Positions 24,601 to 38,070 of a stretch of 64,000 nucleotides of DNA are shown one piece after another. The notes under the pieces are model-generated. The model saw only the letters and a program-made list of their open reading frames with translations, was not told where the DNA came from and did not search any database. Location: the NCBI GenBank assembly GCA_039621445.1, contig CP154954.1, positions 35,759,703 to 35,823,702 on the forward strand, written 5' to 3'. A program made the translations under genes and the position numbers. The stretch's first letter is position 1, and each line of letters starts with the position of its first letter. Source of the DNA: Euglena gracilis (taxonomy: Eukaryota).

Positions 24601-27600
24601 GCAGATTTAGATGGGTGCATTCGACCATTCCGGGGGACATTTACCAGGTCAGCCCAGGTTACCATATAAAAATGGACCAAATTGGGCCTTACTCCGAGTA
24701 ACCGAATGGGTGTTCCAGGAGGCCTCCAAAGTCAGGGGACCCGTTGGTTTCATGATTGTCGTGGTTTAATGGTAAGAAAAACATGCAGCCCGAAGGTTGG
24801 TTGCAAGAAATGAGCACATTTAGATGGGTGCATTCGACCATTCCGGGGGACATTTACCAGGTCAGCCCAGGTTACCATATAAAATGGACCAAATTGGGCC
24901 TTACTCCGAGTAACCGAATGGGTGTTCCAGGAGGCCTCCAAAGTCAGGGGACCCGTTGGTTTCATGATTGTCGTGGTTTAATGGTAAGAAAAAATGCAGC
25001 GGGAATGTTGGTTGCAAGAAATGAGCACATTTAGATGGGTGCATTCGACCATTCCGGGGGACATTTACCAGGTCAGCCCAGGTTACCATATAAAAATGGA
25101 CCAAATTGGGCCTTACTCCGAGTAACCGAATGGGTGTTCCAGGAGGCCTCCAAAGTCAGGGGACCCGTTCGGTTTCATGATTGTCGTGGTTTAATGGTAA
25201 GAAAAACATGCAGCCGGAAGGTTGGTTGCAAGAAATGAGCAGATTTAGATGGGTGCATTCGACCATTCCGGGGGACATTTACCAGGTCAGCCCAGGTTAC
25301 CATGTAAAAATGGACCAAATTGGGCCTTACTCCCAGTTACCGAATGGGTGTTCCAGGAGGCCTCCAAAGTCAGGGGACCCGTTCGGTTTCATGATTGTCG
25401 TGGTTTAATGGTAAGAAAAACATGCAGCCGGTAGGTTGGTTGCAAGAAATGAGCAGATTTAGATGGGTGCATTCGACTATTCCGGGGGACATTTACCAGG
25501 TCAGCCCAGGTTACCATATAAAAATGCACCAAATTGGGCCTTACTCCGAGTAACCGAATGGGTGTTCCAGGAGGCCTCCAAAGTCAGGGGACCCGTTGGT
25601 TTCATGATTGTCGTGGTTTAATGGTAAGAAAAACATGCAGCCGGAAGGTTGGTTGCAAGAAATGAGCACATTTAGATGGGTGCATTCGACCATTCCGGGG
25701 GACATTTACCAGGTCAGCCCAGGTTACCATATAAAAATGGACCAAATTGGGCCTTACTCCGAGTAACCGAATGGGTGTTCCAGGAGGCCTCCAAAGTCAG
25801 GGGACCCGTTGGTTTCATGATTGTCGTGGTTTAATGGTAAGAAAAACATGCAGCCGGTAGGTTGGTTGCAAGAAATGAGCAGATTTAGATGGGTGCATTC
25901 GACCATTCCGGGGGACATTTACCAGGTCAGCCCAGGTTACCATATAAAAATGGACCAAATTGGGCCTTACTCCGAGTAACCGAATGGGTGTTCCAGGAGG
26001 CCTCCAAAGTCAGGGGACCCGTTCGGTTTCATGATTGTCGTGGTTTAATGGTAAGAAAAACATGCAGCGGGAATGTTGGTTGCAAGAAATGAGCACATTT
26101 AGATGGGTGCATTCGACCATTCCGGGGGACATTTACCAGGTCAGCCCAGGTTACCATGTAAAAATGGACCAAATTGGGCCTTACTCCGAGTAACCGAATG
26201 GGTGTTCCAGGAGGCCTCCAAAGTCAGGGGACCCGTTCGGTTTCATGATTGTCGTGGTTTAATGGTAAGAAAAACATGCAGCCGGTAGGTTGGTTGCAAG
26301 AAATGAGCAGATTTAGATGGGTGCATTCGACCATTCCGGGGGACATTTACCAGGTCAGCCCAGGTTACCATATAAAAATGCACCAAATTGGGCCTTACTC
26401 CGAGTAACCGAATGGGTGTTCCAGGAGGCCTCCAAAGTCAGGGGACCCGTTGGTTTCATGATTGTCGTGGTTTAATGGTAAGAAAAACATGCAGCCGGAA
26501 GGTTGGTTGCAAGAAATGAGCACATTTAGATGGGTGCATTCGACCATTCCGGGGGACATTTACCAGGTCAGCCCAGGTTACCATATAAAAATGGACCAAA
26601 TTGGGCCTTACTCCGAGTAACCGAATGGGTGTTCCAGGAGGCCTCCAAAGTCAGGGGACCCGTTGGTTTCATGATTGTCGTGGTTTAATGGTAAGAAAAA
26701 CATGCAGCGGGAATGTTGGTTGCAAGAAATGAGCACATTTAGATGGGTGCATTCGACCATTCCGGGGGACATTTACCAGGTCAGCCCAGGTTACCATGTA
26801 AAAATGGACCAAATTGGGCCTTACTCCGAGTAACCGAATGGGTGTTCCAGGAGGCCTCCAAAGTCAGGGGACCCGTTGGTTTCATGATTGTCGTGGTTTA
26901 ATGGTAAGAAAAACATGCAGCCGGAAGGTTGGTTGCAAGAAATGAGCAGATTTAGATGGGTGCATTCGACCATTCCGGGGGACATTTACCAGGTCAGCCC
27001 AGGTTACCATGTAAAAATGGACCAAATTGGGCCTTACTCCGAGTAACCGAATGGGTGTTCCAGGAGGCCTCCAAAGTCAGGGGACCCGTTCGGTTTCATG
27101 ATTGTCGTGGTTTAATGGTAAGAAAAACATGCAGCGGGAATGCTGGTTGCAAGAAATGAGCACATTTAGATGGGTGCATTCGACCATTCCGGGGGACATT
27201 TACCAGGTCAGCCCAGGTTACCATGTAAAAATGGACCAAATTGGGCCTTACTCCGAGTAACCGAATGGGTGTTCCAGGAGGCCTCCAAAGTCAGGGGACC
27301 CGTTCGGTTTCATGATTGTCGTGGTTTAATGGTAAGAAAAACATGCAGCCGGTAGGTTGGTTGCAAGAAATGAGCAGATTTAGATGGGTGCATTCGACCA
27401 TTCCGGGGGACATTTACCAGGTCAGCCCAGGTTACCATATAAAAATGACCAAATTGGGCCTTACTCCGAGTAACCGAATGGGTGTTCCAGGAGGCCTCCA
27501 AAGTCAGGGGACCCGTTGGTTTCATGATTGTCGTGGTTTAATGGTAAGAAAAACATGCAGCCGGAAGGTTGGTTGCAAGAAATGAGCACATTTAGATGGG

Positions 27601-30600
27601 TGCATTCGACCATTCCGGGGGACATTTACCAGGTCAGCCCAGGTTACCATATAAAAATGGACCAAATTGGGCCTTACTCCGAGTAACCGAATGGGTGTTC
27701 CAGGAGGCCTCCAAAGTCAGGGGACCCGTTGGTTTCATGATTGTCGTGGTTTAATGGTAAGAAAAACATGCAGCCGGTAGGTTGGTTGCAACAAATGAGC
27801 AGATTTAGATGGGTGCATTCGACCATTCCGGGGGACATTTACCAGGTCAGCCCAGGTTACCATATAAAAATGGACCAAATTGGGCCTTACTCCGAGTAAC
27901 CGAATGGGTGTTCCAGGAGGCCTCCAAAGTCAGGGGACCCGTTCGGTTTCATGATTGTCGTGGTTTAATGGTAAGAAAAACATGCAGCGGGAATGCTGGT
28001 TGCAAGAAATGAGCACATTTAGATGGGTGCATTCGACCATTCCGGGGGACATTTACCAGGTCAGCCCAGGTTACCATGTAAAAATGGACCAAATTGGGCC
28101 TTACTCCCAGTTACCGAATGGGTGTTCCAGGAGGCCTCCAAAGTCAGGGGACCCGTTGGTTTCATGATTGTCGTGGTTTAATGGTAAGAAAACAGGAGGT
28201 TGGTTGCAAGAAATGAGCACCTTCAGATGGGTGCATTCGACCATTCCGGGGGACATTTACCAGGTCAGCCCAGGTTACCATATAAAAATGGACCAAATTG
28301 GGCCTTACTCCGAGTAACCGAATGGGTGTTCCAGGAGGCCTCCAAAGTCAGGGGACCCGTTGGTTTCATGATTTTCGTGGTTTAATGGTAAGAAAAACAT
28401 GCAGCCGGTAGGTTGGTTGCAAGAAATGAGCAGATTTAGATGGGTGCATTCGACCATTCCGGGGGACATTTACCAGGTCAGCCCAGGTTACCATATAAAA
28501 ATGGACCAAATTGGGCCTTACTCCGAGTAACCGAATGGGTGTTCCAGGAGGCCTCCAAAGTCAGGGGACCCGTTGGTTTCATGATTGTCGTGGTTTAATG
28601 GTAAGAAATACATGCAGCCGGAAGGTTGGTTGCAAGAAATGAGCAGATTTAGATGGGTGCATTCGACCATTCCGGGGGACATTTACCAGGTCAGCCCAGG
28701 TTACCATGTAAAAATGGACCAAATTGGGCCTTACTCCCAGTTACCGAATGGGTGTTCCAGGAGGCCTCCAAAGTCAGGGGACCCGTTGGTTTCATGATTG
28801 TCGTGGTTTAATGGTAAGAAAAACATGCAGCCGGAAGGTTGGTTGCAAGAAATGAGCAGATTTAGATGGGTGCATTCGACCATTCCGGGGGACATTTACC
28901 AGGTCAGCCCAGGTTACCATATAAAAATGGACCAAATTGGGCCTTACTCCGAGTAACCGAATGGGTGTTCCAGGAGGCCTCCAAAGTCAGGGGACCCGTT
29001 GGTTTCATGATTGTGTGGTTTAATGGTAAGAAAAACATGCAGCCGGAAGGTTGGTTGCAAGAAATGAGCACATTTAGATGGGTGCATTCGACCATTCCGG
29101 GGGACATTTACCAGGTCAGCCCAGGTTACCATGTAAAAATGGACCAAATTGGGCCTTACTCCGAGTAACCGAATGGGTGTTCCAGGAGGCCTCCAAAGTC
29201 AGGGGACCCGTTGGTTTCATGATTGTCGTGGTTTAATGGTAAGAAAAACATGCACCCGGTAGGTTGGTTGCAAGAAATGAGCAGATTTAGATGGGTGCAT
29301 TCGACCATTCCGGGGGACATTTACCAGGTCAGCCCAGGTTACCATATAAAAATGGACCAAATTGGGCCTTACTCCGAGTAACCGAATGGGTGTTCCAGGA
29401 GGCCTCCAAAGTCAGGGGACCCGTTGGTTTCATGATTGTCGTGGTTTAATGGTAAGACGCACCCAGCGGCGGGAAGGTTGTTGCAAGAAATGAGCAAATT
29501 TAGATGGGTGCATTCGACCATTCCGGGGGACATTTACCAGGTCAGCCCAGGTTACCATATAAAAATGGACCAAATTGGGCCTTACTCCGAGTAACCGAAT
29601 GGGTGTTCCAGGAGGCCTCCAAAGTCAGGGGACCCGTTGGTTTCATGATTGTCGTGGTTTAATGGTAAGAAAAACATGCAGCCGAAAGGTTGGTTGCAAG
29701 AAATGAGCACATTTAGATGGGTGCATTCGACCATTCCGGGGGACATTTACCAGGTCAGCCCAGGTTACCATATAAAAATGGACCAAATTGGGCCTTACTC
29801 CGAGTAACCGAATGGGTGTTCCAGGAGGCCTCCAAAGTCAGGGGACCCGTTGGTTTCATGATTGTCGTGGTTTAATGGTAGGAAAAACATGCAGCCGGTA
29901 GGTTGGTTGCAAGAAATGAGCAGATTTAGATGGGTGCATTCGACCATTCCGGGGGACATTTACCAGGTCAGCCCAGGTTACCATATAAAAATGGACCAAA
30001 TTGGGCCTTACTCCGAGTAACCGAATGGGTGTTCCAGGAGGCCTCCAAAGTCAGGGGACCCGTTGGTTTCATGATTATCGTGGTTTAATGGTAAGAAAAA
30101 CATGCAGCCGGAAGGTTGGTTGCAAGAAATGAGCACATTTAGATGGGTGCATTCGACCATTCCGGGGGACATTTACCAGGTCAGCCCAGGTTACCATGTA
30201 AAAATGGACCAAATTAGGCCTTACTCCCAGTTACCGAATGGATGTTCCAGGAGGCCTCCAAAGTCAGGGGACACGTCGGTTTCATGATTATCGTGGTTTA
30301 ATGGTAAGAAAAACATGCACCCGGTAGGTTGGTTGCAAGAAATGAGCAGATTTAGATGGGTGCATTCGACCATTCCGGGGGACATTTACCAGGTCAGCCC
30401 AGGTTACCATATAAAAATGGACCAAATTGGGCCTTACTCCGAGTAACCGAATGGGTGTTCCAGGAGGCCTCCAAAGTCAGGGGACCCGTTGGTTTCATGA
30501 TTGTCGTGGTTTAATGGTAAGAAAAACATGCAGCCGGAAGGTTGGTTGCAAGAAATGAGCACATTTAGATGGGTGCATTCGACCATTCCGGGGGACATTT

Positions 30601-33600
30601 ACCAGGTCAGCCCATGTACCATGTACATTTAGGTTACCATGTAAAAATGGACCAAATTGGGCCTTACTCCGAGTAACCGAATGGGTGTTCCAGGAGGCCT
30701 CCAAAGTCAGGGGACCCGTTCGGTTTCATGATTGTCGTGGTTTAATGGTAAGAAAAACATGCAGCCGGAAGGTTGGTTGCAAGAAATGAGCAGATTTAGA
30801 TGGGTGCATTCGACCATTCCGGGGGACATTTACCAGGTCAGCCCAGGTTACCATATAAAAATGGACCAAATTGGGCCTTACTCCGAGTAACCGAATGGGT
30901 GTTCCAGGAGGCCTCCAAAGTCAGGGGACCCGTTGGTTTCATGATTGTCGTGGTTTAATGGTAAGAAAAACATGCAGCCGGAAGGTTGGTTGCAAGAAAT
31001 GAGCACATTTAGATGGGTGCATTCGACCATTCCGGGGGACATTTACCAGGTCAGCCCAGGTTACCATATAAAAATGGACCAAATTGGGCCTTACTCCGAG
31101 TAACCGAATGGGTGTTCCAGGAGGCCTCCAAAGTCAGGGGACCCGTTCGGTTTCATGATTGTCGTGGTTTAATGGTAAGAAAAACATGCAGCCGGAAGGT
31201 TGGTTGCAAGAAATGAGCACATTTAGATGGGTGCATTCGACCATTCCGGGGGACATTTACCAGGTCAGCCCAGGTTACCATGTAAAAATGGACCAAATTG
31301 GGCCTTACTCCGAGTAACCGAATGGGTGTTCCAGGAGCCCGCCAAAGTCAGGGGACCCGTTGGTTTCATGATTGTCATGGTTTAATGGTAAGAAAAACGT
31401 GCAGCCGGAAGGTTGGTTGCAAGAAATGAGCACATTTAGATGGGTGCATTCGACCAGGACATTTACCAGGACAGCCCAGGTTACCATGTAAAAATGGACC
31501 AAATTGGGCCTTACTCCGAGTAACCGAATGGGTGTTCCAGGAGGCCTCCAAAGTCAGGGGACCCGTTGGTTTCATGATTGTCGTGGTTTAATGGTAAGAA
31601 AAACATGCAGCCGGAAGGTTGGTTGCAAGAAATGAGCACATTTAGATGGGTGCATTCGACCATTCCGGGGGACATTTACCAGGACAGCCCAGGTTACCAT
31701 GTAAAAATGGACCAAATTGGGCCTTACTCCGAGTAACCGAATGGGTGTTCCAGGAGGCCTCCAAAGTCAGGGGACCCGTTGGTTTCATGATTGTCGTGGT
31801 TTAATGGTAAGAAAAGCATGCAGCGGGAAGGTTGGTTGCAAGAAATGAGCAGATTTAGATGGGTGCATTCGACCATTCCGGGGGACATTTACCAGGTCAG
31901 CCCAGGTTACCATATAAAAATGGACCAAATTGGGCCTTACTCCGAGTAACCGAATGGGTGTTCCAGGAGGCCTCCAAAGTCAGGGGACCCGTTGGTTTCA
32001 TGATTCTCGTGGTTTAATGGTAAGAAAAACATGCAGCCGGTAGGTTGGTTGCAAGAAATGAGCAGATTTAGATGGGTGCATTCGACCATTCAGGGGGACA
32101 TTTACCAGGTCAGCCCAGGTTACCATATAAAAATGGACCAAATTGGGCCTTACTCCGAGTAACCGAATGGGTGTTCCAGGAGGCCTCCAAAGTCAGGGGA
32201 CCCGTTGGTTTCATGATTGTCGTGGTTTAATGGTAAGAAAAACATGCAGCCGGAAGGTTGGTTGCAAGAAATGAGCACATTTAGATGGGTGCATTCGACC
32301 ATTCCGGGGGACATTTACCAGGTCAGCCCAGGTTACCATGTAAAAATGGACCAAATTGGGCCTTACTCCCAGTTACCGAATGGGTGTTCCAGGAGGCCTC
32401 CAAAGTCAGGGGACCCGTTGGTTTCATGATTGTCGTGGTTTAATGGTAAGAAAAACATGCACCCGGTAGGTTGGTTGCAAGAAATGAGCAGATTTAGATG
32501 GGTGCATTCGACCATTCCGGGGGACATTTACCAGGTCAGCCCAGGTTACCATATAAAAATGGACCAAATTGGGCCTTACTCCGAGTAACCGAATGGGTGT
32601 TCCAGGAGGCCTCCAAAGTCAGGGGACCCGTTGGTTTCATGATTGTCGTGGTTTAATGGTAAGAAAACATGCAGCCGGAAGGTTGGTTGCAAGAAATGAG
32701 CAGATTTAGATGGGTGCATTCGACCATTCCGGGGGACATTTACCAGGTCAGCCCAGGTTACCATATAAAAATGGACCAAATTGGGCCTTACTCCGAGTAA
32801 CCGAATGGGTGTTCCAGGAGGCCTCCAAAGTCAGGGGACCCGTTGGTTTCATGATTGTCGTGGTTTAATGGTAAGAAAAACATGCAGCGGGAATGTTGGT
32901 TGCAAGAAATGAGCAGATTTAGATGGGTGCATTCGACCATTCCGGGGGACATTTACCAGGTCAGCCCAGGTTACCATGTAAAAATGGACCAAATTGGGCC
33001 TTACTCCGAGTAACCGAATGGGTGTTCCAGGAGGCCTCCAAAGTCAGGGGACCCGTTGGTTTCATGATTGTCGTGGTTTAATGGTAAGAAAAACATGCAG
33101 CCGGAAGGTTGGTTGCAAGAAATGAGCAGATTTAGATGGGTGCATTCGACCATTCCGGGGGACATTTACCAGGTCAGCCCAGGTTACCATGTAAAAATGG
33201 ACCAAATTGGGCCTTACTCCGAGTAACCGAATGGGTGTTCCAGGAGGCCTCCAAAGTCAGGGACCCGTTGGTTTCATGATTGTCGTGGTTTAATGGTAAG
33301 AAAAACGTGCAGCCGGAAGGTTGGTTGCAAGAAATGAGCAGATTTAGATGGGTGCATTCGACCATTCCGGGGGACATTTACCAGGTCAGCCCAGGTTACC
33401 ATGTAAAAATGGACCAAATTGGGCCTTACTCCGAGTAACCGAATGGGTGTTCCAGGAGGCCTCCAAAGTCAGGGGACCCGTTGGTTTCATGATTGTCGTG
33501 GTTTAATGGTAGGAAAAACGTGCAGCGGGAATGTTGGTTGCAAGAAATGAGCAGATTTAGATGGGTGCATTCGACCATTCCGGGGGACATTTACCAGGTC

Positions 33601-36600
33601 AGCCCAGGTTACCATGTAAAAATGGACCAAATTGGGCCTTACTCCGAGTAACCGAATGGGTGTTCCAGGAGGCCTCCAAAGTCAGGGGACCCGTTGGTTT
33701 CATGATTGTCGTGGTTTAATGGTAAGAAAAACATGCAGCCGGAAGGTTGGTTGCAAGAAATGAGCAGATTTAGATGGGTGCATTCGACCATTCCGGGGGA
33801 CATTTACCAGGTCAGCCCAGGTTACCATGTAAAAATGGACCAAATTGGGCCTTACTCCGAGTAACCGAATGGGTGTTCCAGGAGGCCTCCAAAGTCAGGG
33901 GACCCGTTGGTTTCATGATTGTCGTGGTTTAATGGTAAGAAAAACATGCAGCGGGAATGTTGGTTGCAAGAAATGAGCAGATTTAGATGGGTGCATTCGA
34001 CCATTCCGGGGGACATTTACCAGGTCAGCCCAGGTTACCATGTAAAAATGGACCAAATTGGGCCTTACTCCGAGTAACCGAATGGGTGTTCCAGGAGGCC
34101 TCCAAAGTCAGGGGACCCGTTGGTTTCATGATTGTCGTGGTTTAATGGTAAGAAAAACATGCAGCCGGAAGGTTGGTTGCAAGAAATGAGCACATTTAGA
34201 TGGGTGCATTCGACCATTCCGGGGGACATTTACCAGGTCAGCCCAGGTTACCATGTAAAAATGGACCAAATTGGGCCTTACTCCGAGTAACCGAATGGGT
34301 GTTCCAGGAGGCCTCCAAAGTCAGGGGACCCGTTGGTTTCATGATTGTCGTGGTTTAATGGTAAGAAAAACATGCAGCGGGAATGTTGGTTGCAAGAAAT
34401 GAGCAGATTTAGATGGGTGCATTCGACCATTCCGGGGACATTTACCAGGTCAGCCCAGGTTACCATGTAAAAATGGACCAAATTGGGCCTTACTCCGAGT
34501 TACCGAATGGGTGTTCCAGGAGGCCTCCAAAGTCAGGGGACCCGTTGGTTTCATGATTGTCGTGGTTTAATGGTAAGAAAAACATGCAGCCGGAAGGTTG
34601 GTTGCAAGAAATGAGCACATTTAGATGGGTGCATTCGACCATTCCGGGGGACATTTACCAGGTCAGCCCAGGTTACCATGTAAAAATGGACCAAATTGGG
34701 CCTTACTCCGAGTAACCGAATGGGTGTTCCAGGAGGCCTCCAAAGTCAGGGGACCCGTTGGTTTCATGATTGTCGTGGTTTAATGGTAAGAAAAACATGC
34801 AGCGGGAATGTTGGTTGCAAGAAATGAGCAGATTTAGATGGGTGCATTCGACCATTCCGGGGGACATTTACCAGGTCAGCCCAGGTTACCATGTAAAAAT
34901 GGACCAAATTGGGCCTTACTCCGAGTTACCGAATGGGTGTTCCAGGAGGCCTCCAAAGTCAGGGGACCCGTTGGTTTCATGATTGTCGTGGTTTAATTGT
35001 AAGAAAAACATGCAGCCGGAATGTTTTTTGCAAGAAATGAGCAGATTTAGATGGGTGCATTCGACCATTCCGGGGGACATTTACCAGGTCAGCCCAGGTT
35101 ACCATGTAAAAATGGACCAAATTGGGCCTTACTCCGAGTAACCGAATGGGTGTTCCAGGAGGCCTCCAAAGTCAGGGGACCCGTTGGTTTCATGATTGTC
35201 GTGGTTTAATGGTAAGAAAAACATGCAGCGGGAAGGTTGGTTGCAAGAAATGAGCAGATTTAGATGGGTGCATTCGACCATTCCGGGGGACATTTACCAG
35301 GTCAGCCCAGGTTACCATGTAAAAATGGACCAAATTGGGCCTTACTCCGAGTAACCGAATGGGTGTTCCAGGAGGCCTCCAAAGTCAGGGGACCCGTTGG
35401 TTTCATGATTGTCGTGGTTTAATGGTAATAAGAACATGCAGCGGGAATGTTGGTTGCAAGAAATGAGCACATTTAGATGGGTGCATTCGACCATTCCGGG
35501 GGACATTTACCAGGTCAGCCCAGGTTACCATGTAAAAATGGACCAAATTGGGCCTTACTCCGAGTAACCGAATGGGTGTTCCAGGAGGCCTCCAAAGTCA
35601 GGGGACCCGTTGGTTTCATGATTGTCGTGGTTTAATGGTAAGAAAAACATGCAGCCGGAAGGTTGGTTGCAAGGAATGAGCACATTTAGATGGGTGCATT
35701 CGACCATTCCGGGGGACATTTACCAGGTCAGCCCAGGTTACCATGTAAAAATGGACCAAATTGGGCCTTACTCCGAGTAACCGAATGGGTGTTCCAGGAG
35801 GCCTCCAAAGTCAGGGGACCCGTTGGTTTCATGATTGTCGTGGTTTAATGGTAAGAAGAACATGCAGCCGGAATGTTGGTTGCAAGAAATGAGCAGATTT
35901 AGATGGGTGCATTCGACCATTCCGGGGGACATTTACCAGGTCAGCCCAGGTTACCATGTAAAAATGGACCAAATTGGGCCTTACTCCGAGTAACCGAATG
36001 GGTGTTCCAGGAGGCCTCCAAAGTCAGGGGACCCGTTGGTTTTATGATTGTCGTGGTTTAGTGGTAAGAAAAACATGCAGCCGGAAGGTTGGTTGCAAGA
36101 AAAGAGCAGATTTAGATGGGTGCATTCGACCATTCCGGGGGACATTTACCAGGTCAGCCCAGGTTACCATGTAAAAATGGACCAAATTGGGCCTTACTCC
36201 GAGTAACCGAATGGGTGTTCCAGGAGGCCTCCAAAGTCAGGGGACCCGTTGGTTTCATGATTGTCGTGGTTTAATGGTAAGAATAACATGCAGCCGGAAG
36301 GTTGGTTGCAAGAAAAGAGCAGATTTAGATGGGTGCATTTGACCATTCCGGGGGACATTTACCAGGTCAGCCCAGGTTACCATGTAAAAATGGACCAAAT
36401 TGGGCCTTACTCCGAGTAACCGAATGGGTGTTCCAGGAGGCCTCCAAAGTCAGGGGACCCGTTGGTTTCATGATTGTCGTGGTTTAATGGTAAGAAAAAC
36501 ATGCAGTGGGAATGCTGGTTGCAAGAAATGAGCAGGTTTAGATGGGTGCATTCGACCATTCCGGGGGACATTTACCAGGTCAGCCCAGGTTACCATGTAA

Positions 36601-37400
36601 AAATAGACCAAATTGGGCCTTACTCCGAGTAACCGAATGGGTGTTCCAGGAGGTTTCATGATTGTCGTGGTTTTATGGTGAGAAAAACATGCAGCCGGAA
36701 GGTTGGTTGCAAGAAATGAGCAGATTTAGATGGGTGCATTCGACCATTCCGGGGGACATTTACCAGGTCAGCCCAGGTCACCATGTAAAAATGGACCAAA
36801 TTGGGCCTTACTCCGAGTAACCGAATGGGTGTTCCAGGAGGCCTCCAAAGTCAGGGGACCCGTTGGTTTCGTGATTGTCGTGGTTTAATGGTAAGAAAAA
36901 CATGCCACCGGAAGGTTGGTTGCAAGAAATGAGCAGATTTAGATGGGTGCATTCGACCATTCCGGGGGACATTTACCAGGTCAGCCCAGGTTACCATGTA
37001 AAAATGGACCATATTGGGCCTTACTCCGAGTAACCGAATGGGTGTTCCAGGAGGCCTCCAAAGTCAGGGGACCCGTTGGTTTCATGATTGTGGTGGTTTA
37101 ATTGTAAGAAAAACATGCAGCGGGAATGCTGGTTGCAAGAAATGAGCAGATTTAGATGGGTGCATTCGACCATTCCGGGGGACATTTACCAGGTCAGCCC
37201 AGATTACCATGTAAAAATGGACCAAATTGGGCCTTACTCCGAGTAACCGAATGGGTGTTCCAGGAGGCCTCCAAAGTCAGGGGACCCGTTGGTTTCATGA
37301 CTGTCGTGGTTTAATGGTAAGAAAAACATGCAGCGGGAATGTTGGTTGCAAGAAATGAGCACATTTAGATGGGTGCATTCGACCATTCCGGGGGACATTT
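15695..37400 (+). repeat. 213-bp tandem satellite, main array (about 102 monomers)
   Basis: Period measured as 213 (ccaaagtcag at 15901 and 16114); very homogeneous, with a few diagnostic variant sites. Confidence 0.99.
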
Positions 37401-37817
37401 TGTGTACCAGGCAGCATGAACATGGCACTGTGCATAGCAGCAAACTGCAAAATGTACAATGTCATGCCAGATAGCACTATTCCATGTTCTGCAATACAAA
37501 TTGCAGAATTAGGAATAGCCTATCCTATCTCGGATCTGCCTTTCCCTTCACAGGTGGTATTATTGTTTTGCTTTGTGTTTCATCAGCCCAAAAGGGCAAA
37601 TCAAAGATTTGAAGGTTTGAACTCCGATAGGAGAACACTACTGGAACTGAAGTTCCAAAATCACACCTGGTTTGCCTTGTGCTCTGCATAAGCCCAAAGG
37701 CAATAAAAACTAATAGTTAAGTGAAAGACTTTCTTTTTTGTTACTCTCCTGGTTTTGTTCCCACTGGAGGGTGTAAGTAGGCCGACAGGCAGTGGGAATA
37801 GAGTCAGGGGACGTACA
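37401..37817 (+). repeat. Putative 5' LTR of copy A (417 bp)
   Basis: TG...GTACA termini; first 12 nt and the GACGTACA-CT-PBS junction are shared with copy B. Confidence 0.75.
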
Positions 37818-37819
37818 CT

Positions 37820-37836
37820 TGGTAGCAGATTTGGTT
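37820..37836 (+). promoter_or_regulatory. Primer-binding site, tRNA-iMet type (TGGTAGCAGATTTGGTT)
   Basis: 2 nt after the CA terminus; conserved in copy B. Confidence 0.75.
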
Positions 37837-38070
37837 TCTTTCCTACGCCCCTTCTCCCCCCTTCTCCCCCTCATCTTAACAGGTGACTTCAAACAGTGAG
37901 TGGTGCTGAGCCTATAGGCTACAAAGCATCCACGAACTGTTTGGAGCCAACTTCCAAGCACAGATACAAGCTTCAGGAGGCTCTGAGCAGTATACGCTGC
38001 CATATCCTTCTAAGTTTGTTCCTTTGCTTACCTTTTTGGGTTTGCTTGTGTTTTTTCTGCAAATAAAAAT

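Noticed and set aside
15695-37400. Many short ORFs (MSWFNGKK..., MGAFDHSGG...) in the 213-bp arrays
   Set aside because: By-products of the repeat; stops and indels vary freely between monomers.
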